NCBI GenBank assembly: GCA_963815625.1
Contig: CAWFHG010000004.1
Coordinates: forward strand, 14,667-78,666
Origin: an uncultured Methanomicrobiales archaeon
GTDB taxonomy: Archaea; Halobacteriota; Methanomicrobia; Methanomicrobiales; Methanospirillaceae
Length of the DNA stretch: 64,000 bases
Reading direction: 5' to 3'
The stretch's first letter is position 1. Each line of letters starts with the position of its first letter. Below, piece by piece: positions 31,982 to 41,186 of the stretch. The notes below the pieces were generated by a model. It was given only the letters and a program-made list of their open reading frames with translations, searched no databases and was not told the origin of the DNA. The translations under genes were made by a program, and so were the position numbers.

Positions 31982-32335
31982 ATGAGTGAACCTATGAACA
32001 ATCCCATCGACGAGGCACTGAAAGTAATACAATCCAAGCCTGAAGGTGTCCTCCAGAGCGAGCTCTGGAAGATCCTTGATGTCGACAGCCGAAAATGCTC
32101 ACGGATCGTAAAGAAACTGATCGACACGGGGCTGATAGACCGGACGGAATTCAAAAAAGATGGGATTAAAACTTATGTCCTCAAGGCGACCAAGCGTCCC
32201 CTGGACCCGTGCCAGATTCTTGCCGGTGAAGAACTGATCCCCTGCATCGGTTGTGAAGAAGAATGTAACGTAATCGAATGTCACCGGCTGATGGACTGGA
32301 TGTATCAGCTTGCGATTATCGAGGTTGAAGAGTAA
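31982..32335 (+). CDS. winged-helix protein with C-terminal Cys cluster (hypothetical regulator)
   Basis: Starts immediately after the Sm stop (TGAATG). wHTH-like GVLQSELWKILDVDSRKCSRIVKKLIDTGLIDR followed by CIGCEEEC...C. Confidence 0.45.
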   Translation: MSEPMNNPIDEALKVIQSKPEGVLQSELWKILDVDSRKCSRIVKKLIDTGLIDRTEFKKDGIKTYVLKATKRPLDPCQILAGEELIPCIGCEEECNVIECHRLMDWMYQLAIIEVEE

Positions 32336-32477
32336 TTTTAAAAGATTTTTACCTTCTTCTGCAGGGATCTCCTGCGAATTTATGTGGGAAAACCAATATT
32401 TTTATTCACCCGGACCATTAGGGCACTTTATTTCTTCTTTTCCAAAAAAACCATTTGTTAATAGTTTATTATCTTTA

Positions 32478-33398
32478 ATGCCCAAGAAAAAAATAGAGGG
32501 GGTCGTTGTGGTCTTCTGCCCGGAATGTGGAAAAGAGATACCTGCAGGTAGCAATTTTTGCCTTTTCTGCGGTTCCAGCCTCGATCGGGTCATGAGATTC
32601 CTTGAGGAGACCAGGATAACCAGGGATAAGGGAAACCCCCATATAATCGGGGACATGACCGACGATAAACAAAAACAGGCGGCATCCTTGGTAGTAAAGG
32701 GAGACGGTTACGCCTCTACAGGTGCCGACGAAGGTGCACTCAAATGTTATACCGCCGCGATTGGCCTTGATCCGTCAAATTACAATGCATGGAACCGGAA
32801 AGCAGAGCTGCTTGTACGGATGGGACGCACAATGGAAGCCCGGATATGCAACGAAAATATTATCCACCTGAAAGGGTCTCCCGTAAACGCTTCCTTACCT
32901 GACAGATCACCGGCCATTCCGGAAATAAACAATCTGACAGAGACCTACATCGGTGGACTTTCAAGCCCCTCGATAAAACTTTCATTTTCGGACGGGAGGA
33001 GCAAGGACCTGGCGGGTGCAGTTGGTACTAATGTCGGCGGTTATGGTATCTACGCTACAGACAGGAGGATATTCATTTTAAAAAACCAGAAACATGTTTT
33101 TGGCTACCCGGAAGGTCCGGCAATCGGCGGTTTCGTTTATGCGGAACTGTTCGGACGGACTATGGACCACAGTAAAAGGACTATCGGGGACCTGGAGGTT
33201 TACAAGGAGATCGAGATCGAAAAGAAGGACCTGCAACAGATTTTCATGAAGAAACCGGTCCTCCTCGCAGGGTACATCTCATTTATAACTAGTGACGGAG
33301 AGATCACGAGACTCAATATCGACCATAAGAATGTGTACGAACCTGTGAGACTGTTAATGCTTAAATTCTGCCCGGAGAAAATACAGATTGTGAAATAA
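32478..33398 (+). CDS. zinc-ribbon plus TPR-like repeat protein (hypothetical)
   Basis: ATG 32478 gives MPKKKIEGVVVVFCPECGKEIPAGSNFCLFCG (zinc ribbon). A TPR-like segment follows (GALKCYTAAIGLDPSNYNAWNRKAELL). Confidence 0.5.
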   Translation: MPKKKIEGVVVVFCPECGKEIPAGSNFCLFCGSSLDRVMRFLEETRITRDKGNPHIIGDMTDDKQKQAASLVVKGDGYASTGADEGALKCYTAAIGLDPSNYNAWNRKAELLVRMGRTMEARICNENIIHLKGSPVNASLPDRSPAIPEINNLTETYIGGLSSPSIKLSFSDGRSKDLAGAVGTNVGGYGIYATDRRIFILKNQKHVFGYPEGPAIGGFVYAELFGRTMDHSKRTIGDLEVYKEIEIEKKDLQQIFMKKPVLLAGYISFITSDGEITRLNIDHKNVYEPVRLLMLKFCPEKIQIVK

Positions 33399-33541
33399 TC
33401 TTCATTGTAAGACAGATGTGGCGCTTGATTAACGTAGGGTTTTCGTCTACCTGAATTCCCGATCCTTCGGGTGAGACAGGCGGACCCGTTGACTAATTTT
33501 CGCAAATGAAAAAAGGTCGGCTCAAATACCAAAAAACTGCA

Positions 33542-33614
33542 TACCCCTGGGCAGATTCGAACTGCCGTCGCCGGATCCAAAGTCCTGCATGATTGACCAC
33601 TACACTACAGGGGT
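33542..33614 (-). tRNA. tRNA-Gln (anticodon UUG)
   Basis: Minus-strand 73-nt cloverleaf: acceptor ACCCCTG/CAGGGGT with A1-U72, D-arm GTGTAGTGGTCAATCAT, anticodon loop CTTTGGA, T-arm GGCAG-TTCGAAT-CTGCC. There is one A.G mismatch in the anticodon stem. Confidence 0.85.
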
Positions 33615-33991
33615 AATTCTCACTACTGCTCCGGAAATTCTCTGGGCCCGGGACAGGAGTCTACCATACATATGCTCCGTTATCGAATAAGAATTTGCAC
33701 TTTTTACCTGCGCTCTTATTGAAATCTCCGAGGTCGGCCGGGATACCCAGGGCATTTTTTTTGTTCTTCAGCCTCCAATCCAATTCTTCCCTTTTATTAA
33801 AAAAGCCGATCTTCACGACTTATTTTTAAAATTAATACGTTATATCCGGATTTTATTGGCATAAAGTAAGGGATCAACCGGCCATGTACCGGTTTAGCCG
33901 GATCCCAAATCATAACGATCACTAACAGGCGGGAATACCGGAATGAAAGGTAAATACCAGGATCTCAAACTCAAAAGATCATAGTTATACA

Positions 33992-34012
33992 ATATAGCAA
34001 CATATGGTTTAT
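33992..34012. repeat. left copy of the 21-bp inverted repeat (ATATAGCAACATATGGTTTAT)
   Basis: Its reverse complement ATAAACcATATGTTGCTATAT matches 40150-40170 (ATAAACtATATGTTGCTATAT) at 20 of 21 positions. Confidence 0.55.
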
Positions 34013-35251
34013 AGCGATTGATAGGTAAAGAATTAAACCGTAAATGGACGCTTTTTTATTATTCTGATATTTAATTTAAAAAAAAATGTAATTGATTCAA
34101 TCCTGGTAAGGCAATAATTACAGGGAATGGTTTGTAAATTTTTTTCGACTTCCGGATCACCATCAAGGCTTTACCCCTGGCCCCGGTTCTCTTAAAAATC
34201 CAACAAGTATCCCTGTCCCGATTTATCCTCAACTTTGTTCATTAATGGTACTCATTCGAGGCCAAATAAGATCATGACCTCATTTCGGAGCAAAATTCCA
34301 GGGAATGCCGGGGATAAAGATGATTTATCACGATCAGGTTGAGAAGAGACTGGATTTTTTGTTTTACTGCCTCTGAAATTGCCTGTTTTTTCGGTGTCCT
34401 TCTATAACCAATTTTCGGCAGGGGACTTAATGTTACCAGGTATCCTGAAGACCCTGCACCCTGAAAGGCTTGACAGTTCCACATTTTTTCATTACAGTAG
34501 ATGACAGATGGTGTTTTTTATCATACCGAGTACCTTCAAACCATCATAGCATGATTTATTCTACGGATTAGTGGTGTGAACAAAACCAATATCAGACTAA
34601 TACAACTCCGCACATTTAAACCTGAAAATAGGAAATACGTAAAACAGGAGAATGTTTCACCTCCCATCTCTGGACTTTCCCCAAGAGATACCTTTCCTAC
34701 AGGGTTTCAATCACAGTGTCCGTAAAAAAATTTATTCTGATTTAGAGACCATTCCTCACCCCAATCGAAGTCGCCAAAGCGGAAGGAGAAAGTCTTGGGA
34801 GCGTGGTAAAATTTTGGAATTCCCTGGATCCGATGGATTTGAGAAACGTTAATAGATTTTTTAGATCCTGATATTTGGGAATTTAGTTGCGATCAATCGG
34901 CTCATCCCCCATATTTCAGAGAAGAACGGTTGGAAATCAAACCAGATTCTATGGCTACGATACGCAATTTTTAGATTCTGCTAAAAAACCCTTCCTGAAA
35001 GCGTATCATTCCAAAGGGGGTTGGGAGAAAACCCTTCTCATCATCGCGTTCCGCGGGAATTTTTGAACCAGGCAGAATGCCTGCATCAGTAACATCAGAA
35101 TAAGTCATGATTTACAGACTATCAATTGCATTCAATAAAATCGTCATTTCAGAATACATTACGACGACCTAATGTGAGATCAGCGTCAAAATATCAGCGT
35201 TAATGAGAATCCATAGAATTCTGCAGTTAGTAATAAGATATCAGAAGAATT

Positions 35252-36232
35252 TTACTCTGCCGGATTATCCTTTTCTGAACCTGAATCATTCTTACCTGTT
35301 CCCTTGTCCTTATCAGTCTTATCCGGCTCGTCCGAAAGCGGGAAATATTGCTGGTAGACACGCTTCCGCTCGTCCAGGTCCGTATGGAGGTAGATCTCCG
35401 TTGTCTTGATCGAAGAGTGGCCGAGGTTTTCCTGGACAACGCGGAGGTTTTTTGACCTGCGGAACAGCTCGCTTGCATAACTATGCCGGATTTTGTGAGG
35501 GGTAATTCCATCGGGGGCATATTTTTCAAACAGGTGCTGGACTGTTCTAGGGGAGATATGGTGCCCCTGCTGCCCGACAAAAAGCGGTCCTTCGATCCTG
35601 TTCCCGATGAAGGGCTCCATCTCCCGGAGCGTCTCCGGATCGACAAAGACAGTCCGTATCTTACCGCCTTTCCCCTTTATCCGGATTGTCTGCTCCTCAA
35701 AATCAATATCCTCGATATTCATATTACAGAGTTCGGATATCCTGACTCCTGTTGCGTAGATGGTCCGCACAATCAGTTTTTCCCTTGCATCAGGAATCGA
35801 GGCAATCAACCGGAGCACCTGGCTGTGTTTCAGGTACCGCAATTCCTGTTCCTTTATTCTCGGCCGCTCAACCCCGAACATGGGATTGGAAGCCAGTGCC
35901 CCCTGGGTATAGAGGAACCGGTAAAAAGAGGTAAGCGTGGAGATCATCCGGTGGAGTGTTTTTGGTTTGTAGTTACGGACCGAGTTCATAAATGTCAGGA
36001 AGTCGGTGAGCATAACCGGCTCCACCTCTACATCAGTGTCGAGGCGGGCATTTGCGTAATCCTTCCAAAGGTCCTGAAGCTTCTCGGGGTTGCTGTTTCT
36101 CCGGAGCCACAGGTAGTAGGCAAATTGTTTTACTACCTGCTCATAGCTGATGATAGTCCGGGGGGAATAATTCCGCATTCTGAGGTAGTATTCGTAGCGA
36201 TTGAGCCACTCCGAGAAATAACCACCCTGCAT
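35252..36232 (-). CDS. tyrosine recombinase / integrase (XerA/XerC/XerD-like)
   Basis: N-terminal SAM-like core-binding domain (YLRMRNYSPRTIISYEQVVKQF). Catalytic motifs ATGVRISEL (R), HKIRHSYAS (HxxR) and LGHSSIKTTEIYLH (H..Y). Unusual Lys/Asp-rich 30-aa tail. Confidence 0.85.
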   Translation of the reverse strand: MQGGYFSEWLNRYEYYLRMRNYSPRTIISYEQVVKQFAYYLWLRRNSNPEKLQDLWKDYANARLDTDVEVEPVMLTDFLTFMNSVRNYKPKTLHRMISTLTSFYRFLYTQGALASNPMFGVERPRIKEQELRYLKHSQVLRLIASIPDAREKLIVRTIYATGVRISELCNMNIEDIDFEEQTIRIKGKGGKIRTVFVDPETLREMEPFIGNRIEGPLFVGQQGHHISPRTVQHLFEKYAPDGITPHKIRHSYASELFRRSKNLRVVQENLGHSSIKTTEIYLHTDLDERKRVYQQYFPLSDEPDKTDKDKGTGKNDSGSEKDNPAE

Positions 36233-37602
36233 GGTCTATTCTTTATTCAGGACACATATAAAGGTTTTGCGTAGAATACCTATTCTGCGCAAGTACGGTT
36301 AGGCGGGAATTGTTACCGGGAGACATCCGAAAATTGTATTCTGATAGGAGTGATGATCTCTTGCACATTCTCCTTTCAACCCATCTGGCCTGGGCAGGGA
36401 GGCCAACCATACAAGTGGAGTCAACGGCCCTGGTGGTTCTGAAATGCCCAAAAAAAACGTGTGGAAAACAAACGATAATACGGGGCCATTATCCGCTCAA
36501 TAACTGCCGTTAACGTCAGGCTTCGATGTAATCCTCATTCAACGGCACAAGGAGGCGTTTTCGGACCTTTGCTCCGTTTTCTGGATCTTTTTCAGCTGTT
36601 TAGAGATGCTACGGCGTCTCCAAAACGGGGTCGCGATGAATTGGCATACTCCGGGTTGCAAAACTGGAGAATTTGAGTACGCGATCATTGTACATTCCGC
36701 ACAGATACCGTACTTGGGGTTAGCTCTCCCTTGTTGGACTCATGGTTAGCAAGGAGAAATATTTTCACTCTTCCAGTCGGCCACCCCGAGTTATGAACCT
36801 AAGCCATATAAGGGATATCTAAGCAAAACAATGGTATTTCAGAAATTGGGGTGGACACTATGAATAATGATTTCCCCGATGAGATCATAGAACATTCTGA
36901 ACGTTCACCTTTAGATTTACTCCTACATTTCAAGGGGAAACTGTTAAACGGGGTAATATAATTTGAATTCTCTTATTCGGGTGTTCCCATCAAAGACCCT
37001 ACAAGGTCATTTCCATACACTGATCCTAAAAATGAATAATCGGGATCAGATGATCCAGATCGCCCTCACCCTCACCATTAATGCAGAAAATCAGCACGAA
37101 ATACTGATTCTTGAAGTCTCATTTCTGGTGCGAAAACGGCGGGGGATCCGCGGTATGGATCAGGTGAGGATATTCGATCGCCAGATTAAAACTGGATTAT
37201 TACACCCGGATATGTCTTCAAAATCGTTTAACTTGGATTTAACGGGAAAAAACGGGAAGTATTTAGTCCCCTCCGGACGTGGGTATTTTCGGGTTTTGAT
37301 TGTCTGGAACCCGGCCGGCCGGATCTTCATCCAGAGGTAAACCGGCCGGAGAAATTTGTCCAGGAAGCGATCCAATTGGGGGGAGCCGGCATAGATAAAT
37401 AACTAAACTAATGGCTTTATTTTTTTAATTAATCATCAATTTTTTACATATCAGTAATTAATAGAGGAGATATATATTAACGAATAAATATAGCATAAAT
37501 ATTATGAAGGTTATCAAAAAGATTGAACGAAATTGGATTTTAATTTTTTTTTAATTATAATTATTGGGTTGAATATTGTCCTAATTTTGAGGGGGATCTT
37601 GA

Positions 37603-37893
37603 ATGATATTGGAATCGTTTTTATTTATTATTCTTTTTTACACTCTCATGGAGATGAAAGAGCAAAGAATATCTGTCTATCAACCTATGCTCATCATTCA
37701 ATCTCATAATTTTTTGAAATTTCATTGGGAGGATACAATAAATGAGCCAGGTGATTTTCATTGTTATTTAAGGGACGAACCATTTGATACAAGTAAATTC
37801 ATGCATGATACACGAATGAAGATACTTAACATTGGATTGGCTTCAGCGAAAAATATCAAAATATGTTGGGATTTCGATTTTAATTTTTTCTAA
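37603..37893 (+). CDS. AT-rich hypothetical membrane protein, probably the first fragment of a longer disrupted ORF (to about 38330)
   Basis: N-terminal TM helix. Downstream frames continue with plausible peptide segments (for example FSFPERENEVIDGIPSLILTIDYEDIANLPHKRNFFD) separated by stops and frame changes. Confidence 0.3.
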   Translation: MILESFLFIILFYTLMEMKEQRISVYQPMLIIQSHNFLKFHWEDTINEPGDFHCYLRDEPFDTSKFMHDTRMKILNIGLASAKNIKICWDFDFNFF

Positions 37894-38381
37894 CCAAAAT
37901 CTCGCCTTCCTAATGGAGTCAAAAATATTTTTCGATCACGGTAGGACTGGTTTTAAAGCCAGTAACGCCATGCACGTTTATGATAATACCTAAAAGACCT
38001 CGATCCTTTTGACTGCATTCTCCCTTTAAACATAAAATCAGATCAAAATTATATTTTAATCCCTCATTTTATAAATTTCATTTTTTGTACTTTATTGCTA
38101 TTAGAGTCTGAAATCTCAACCCCAAATTGACGAGAATATTATAATATTTTCTTTCCCTGAACGTGAAAATGAAGTAATTGATGGAATACCTTCCTTGATT
38201 CTAACAATAGACTATGAAGATATCGCCAATTTACCTCACAAACGGAATTTTTTCGATTAAACCCCAATTACACTATTCTTTAGCAGATGAAGGGTTACAA
38301 TTCGTGGCCCATTAAACCCTTCTGAGGGAATTGTCAGTAGATATCAATGTAACTCAAATTAATTATGAAGGGTAGAACTCT

Positions 38382-38606
38382 CTAAATAAACCTTATACCA
38401 CCTAGTTCATTAATAAAATCTGGTTTTACTATTTCCTTTGCTTCGTTCCCAAGATCTCCAAGACTCTGATTCATCGCAAGCAAATCTGGCTCCTTTTCAA
38501 TTACTTTATGGGAATCTATCGCTCTATTAATTTGTGAAAAAAACATGTAAACCGCAATTAATAGCTGTTTTAATCGCTTATTTTTTGGCTCTGTAGAATT
38601 CCTCAA
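38382..38606 (-). CDS. hypothetical 74-aa protein
   Basis: Intact short ORF in AT-rich DNA. I recognise no family. Its start codon sits inside the 12-bp hairpin at 38597-38638. Confidence 0.2.
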   Translation of the reverse strand: MRNSTEPKNKRLKQLLIAVYMFFSQINRAIDSHKVIEKEPDLLAMNQSLGDLGNEAKEIVKPDFINELGGIRFI

Positions 38607-38705
38607 TCTTAATGAAAATAAAAAATGATTGAGGAATTTTACCGATGTTGTAAAGGATGATTTTAATCTTAATTTCTTTCACATGGTTGCGGTATTTTCG
38701 AGATT

Positions 38706-39488
38706 TTAGACATCATCCGAACCTTCTTTTAAAAACAGAGAATGCAGTTTCGACCAGATTACGACGATGATAAAGATGTTCATCAAATGAAACCTCGCCA
38801 GTTCGCGCGTATAATGCCCCATTATTCGTTTCCGCTTACGTTTTTTGACCGGGATAATTGAAAATGATTGTAAATCATCCCGGATCATTACGGTGAATAT
38901 TTTCTGAATCATAGCCCTTATCCATGACGAAAACATTTGATTTCCTCGTCCTCTGGCATTGTTTGAGTAACTTTTAGCATGAGGAATATCATGGACGGGA
39001 TTTTGGGATATTTTGAATCCAGTAATTATTTGAAGATCGGTATCAACAGAAATGGATGTTTTCAGGAATCTTTTCCTTGTTTTACCGGTTCTCCATGAAT
39101 AATATTGACTAGTGTACGAACTGGTAAATCCGGTCGAATCAATAGCCGCGCATGGGATTCGTTCACCCCAGTCATAAAACAATTTAACGAGCCTATTTAG
39201 CAATCTCTTGAAGGTTATTGAGTTAATTCGTTGGGAAAATTTTTGAAGAGTTGTGAAATGCGGTACTTCGTTTAACTGAATCTGCCCCTTTATTTCGTCC
39301 ATCAAATCCAGAAGTTCAACGGTATCTCGATTGTCTTCTCCAATATATTCCTTCAAAAGGATTAAAAGCAACAATTGGTGCTGATTATACGTCTTTTTAG
39401 AATATTTACAGGAATATCGGGGTATTCTTGATTCTCTGATCACCTGGGTCGCGAGGTCAACAAACCTGATATAATTGTTCGTTGACAA
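38706..39488 (-). pseudogene. IS4/IS5-type DDE transposase, C-terminal half frameshifted or truncated
   Basis: AAIDSTGF (first D) is in frame. The expected DKGYDSE-type and [19 protein letters not shown] segments are recovered only in other frames ([24 protein letters not shown]). I could not identify clear terminal inverted repeats. Confidence 0.7.
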
Positions 39489-40149
39489 TTATATCGGCTC
39501 CTTGGTCTTTGTTAACATAAAAACTTAAGGGGCCCTTGTACCTTAGATCTTTCGGTCGAGGCTATTGATTTTTTAAAAGATAGGATTTCTACAAGGCCAT
39601 TCAATTGATTATTGTTTAAGAAGATCGCTTTTGAAGGAATTCTTTACTAATGTGAACATTAAACCTAAATTTTCAGACAGGAGGGGGTTTCACCTCCTCC
39701 CGAACCACCCCCAATAGGATAATTCCCTGGGGGCAGGATTCTGACAATATTATTAATAAACCAGGGATTCCAGTCCATCCTATATCCTAACCGGGGAGCC
39801 CCATGAGCATTAAGTAATTTAGAATTAACAGAAATCGGAAGATTTTATCAAAAACGTTTCAAAAACAAATAGTCCATGTGTGTGTCATTTTTTTCCTATC
39901 CTTAATTTTCACCCATTCCGAGAAGATATCTTATCTGATCCGCTTGACAAAACTGAGTTGATAATAGTTCATCCTTGTGGTAGAGATGCAAAATCTTAAC
40001 ACATCTCTTTCTGATACAGTGCCGGCCATTGCAGCCTATTCAAACGCCAAATTAGCCCCTAATATTATCCACCAAAAGCCGCGGATTTTAATAATAACCG
40101 ATATTTTAAAGTATTACCCATATTACGCCACAATTCATCCATTTCGTAA

Positions 40150-40170
40150 ATAAACTATATGTTGCTATAT
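40150..40170. repeat. right copy of the 21-bp inverted repeat (ATAAACTATATGTTGCTATAT)
   Basis: See 33992-34012. It lies exactly at the transition from AT-rich island to normal-composition genes. Confidence 0.55.
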
Positions 40171-40252
40171 GGGAAAAGGGTATTTTTGATCCCTTCGGAA
40201 GGCCCAAAATGGCAAATCTTATAATAACCAATCGTATCAAACCGTATTATTA

Positions 40253-40831
40253 ATGGAAGAGACCGTCCGCAAGCCAGAAATCAGCAAATACTCCAAGTTT
40301 AAGAAGGTAGACGGTGCGACCTACCGACGGGTCAACGAATTTCTTAGGAAAAGGACCTACATCACGGCAAGGGAGTGGGCACTCGCGAGACTTTGTACTG
40401 ATTTCAGGACTCGTGGCGGCGCAGAGATGACATTTATCGGCCAGCACCTGCCTGAACTTGTCCCGTTCATGCAGGAACCGTATTCCCCCCAGGCGGTCAA
40501 CCAGGCAAGGAATTCTTTTAAGAAAAAAGTGAACAAAGCGGGTGCCACGTTTTTTTATGGAGCAATGTGCGGGTTCTTTACACCCGATGAACTCGACGAC
40601 ATGCTGTTCGAGTCGAGTGAAGTTGCACGGTTCCTCCTCGAAGTGGAAGGGACATCGCTTGACATCGACGAAGAGATCGATATCGAGGACCGGATCACGA
40701 GGGTCATGAGAGGGGTAGGCGAGGCCGCACGGATCATGCTTGAAAAAAGGGCAGTTGCAGACCTGGCTGAAACCGAGGAAAGAGACAGGCAGAAGCCTAA
40801 TATTCAGTCTGACAACCACTCCGGAAGTTGA
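40253..40831 (+). CDS. conserved archaeal hypothetical protein (possibly DUF5806-like) with acidic C-terminal region
   Basis: 192-aa ORF with normal composition (YSKFKKVDGATYRRVNEFLRKRTYITAREWALARLCTDF). An acidic low-complexity tail continues in ORF 40740..41081 in another frame, so a frameshift near 40830 is possible. Confidence 0.5.
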   Translation: MEETVRKPEISKYSKFKKVDGATYRRVNEFLRKRTYITAREWALARLCTDFRTRGGAEMTFIGQHLPELVPFMQEPYSPQAVNQARNSFKKKVNKAGATFFYGAMCGFFTPDELDDMLFESSEVARFLLEVEGTSLDIDEEIDIEDRITRVMRGVGEAARIMLEKRAVADLAETEERDRQKPNIQSDNHSGS

Positions 40832-41186
40832 ATCCCCTGCAGAAACCGGAGATAATGACGGGTTCGAACCTCATAATCAGCCAACAGACACTGGGGCTAC
40901 GGACTTGGCGGAAAACGAGAATAGTGGCAGAATCGAACCCTTTGCCCAAACGACGGTCCCGGCAGCTGAAAACCTTGTAGAGAACGAGAACAGGGACCGG
41001 GCCGCGTCTCATGCCCGCACGGGTACAACCCCTGAAAATGCTGATGTTGAAAAAACCGAAGAAACAAATCCGGGCAAATGAATAGACCGATACACAATTT
41101 TTTCAACTGATCTCCCCTCGGGTAACCATTTCCTTGGACAGAAAAACATAAGATATTTTACTTGTCGGTTCCCTTTTTGGTAGTAT

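Larger units (their letters stand above)
33615..40170. mobile_element. AT-rich, gene-poor island adjacent to tRNA-Gln (recombinase, IS remnant, ORF fragments)
   Basis: Coding density collapses: only two ORFs longer than 200 aa in 6.5 kb. Composition is visibly AT-richer, extremely so at about 37.4-38.4 kb. The island contains a tyrosine recombinase and a decayed DDE transposase. Normal-composition genes resume directly right of 40170. Confidence 0.5.

Noticed and set aside
33200-33580. 126-aa minus-strand ORF.
   Set aside because: It overlaps tRNA-Gln and runs antisense to the zinc-ribbon/TPR gene. I see no motifs.
34650-35000. A degenerate CRISPR remnant, suggested by GTTTCA... words (34654, 34704) and ...GAAAC endings.
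   Set aside because: The spacing is irregular (about 50 nt, then none). The candidate repeats share only 6-7 nt.
40855-40950. tRNA-like T-loop words (GGGTTCGAACC, GAATCGAACCC) inside the acidic tail region.
   Set aside because: The flanking bases do not form T-stems or acceptor stems on either strand.
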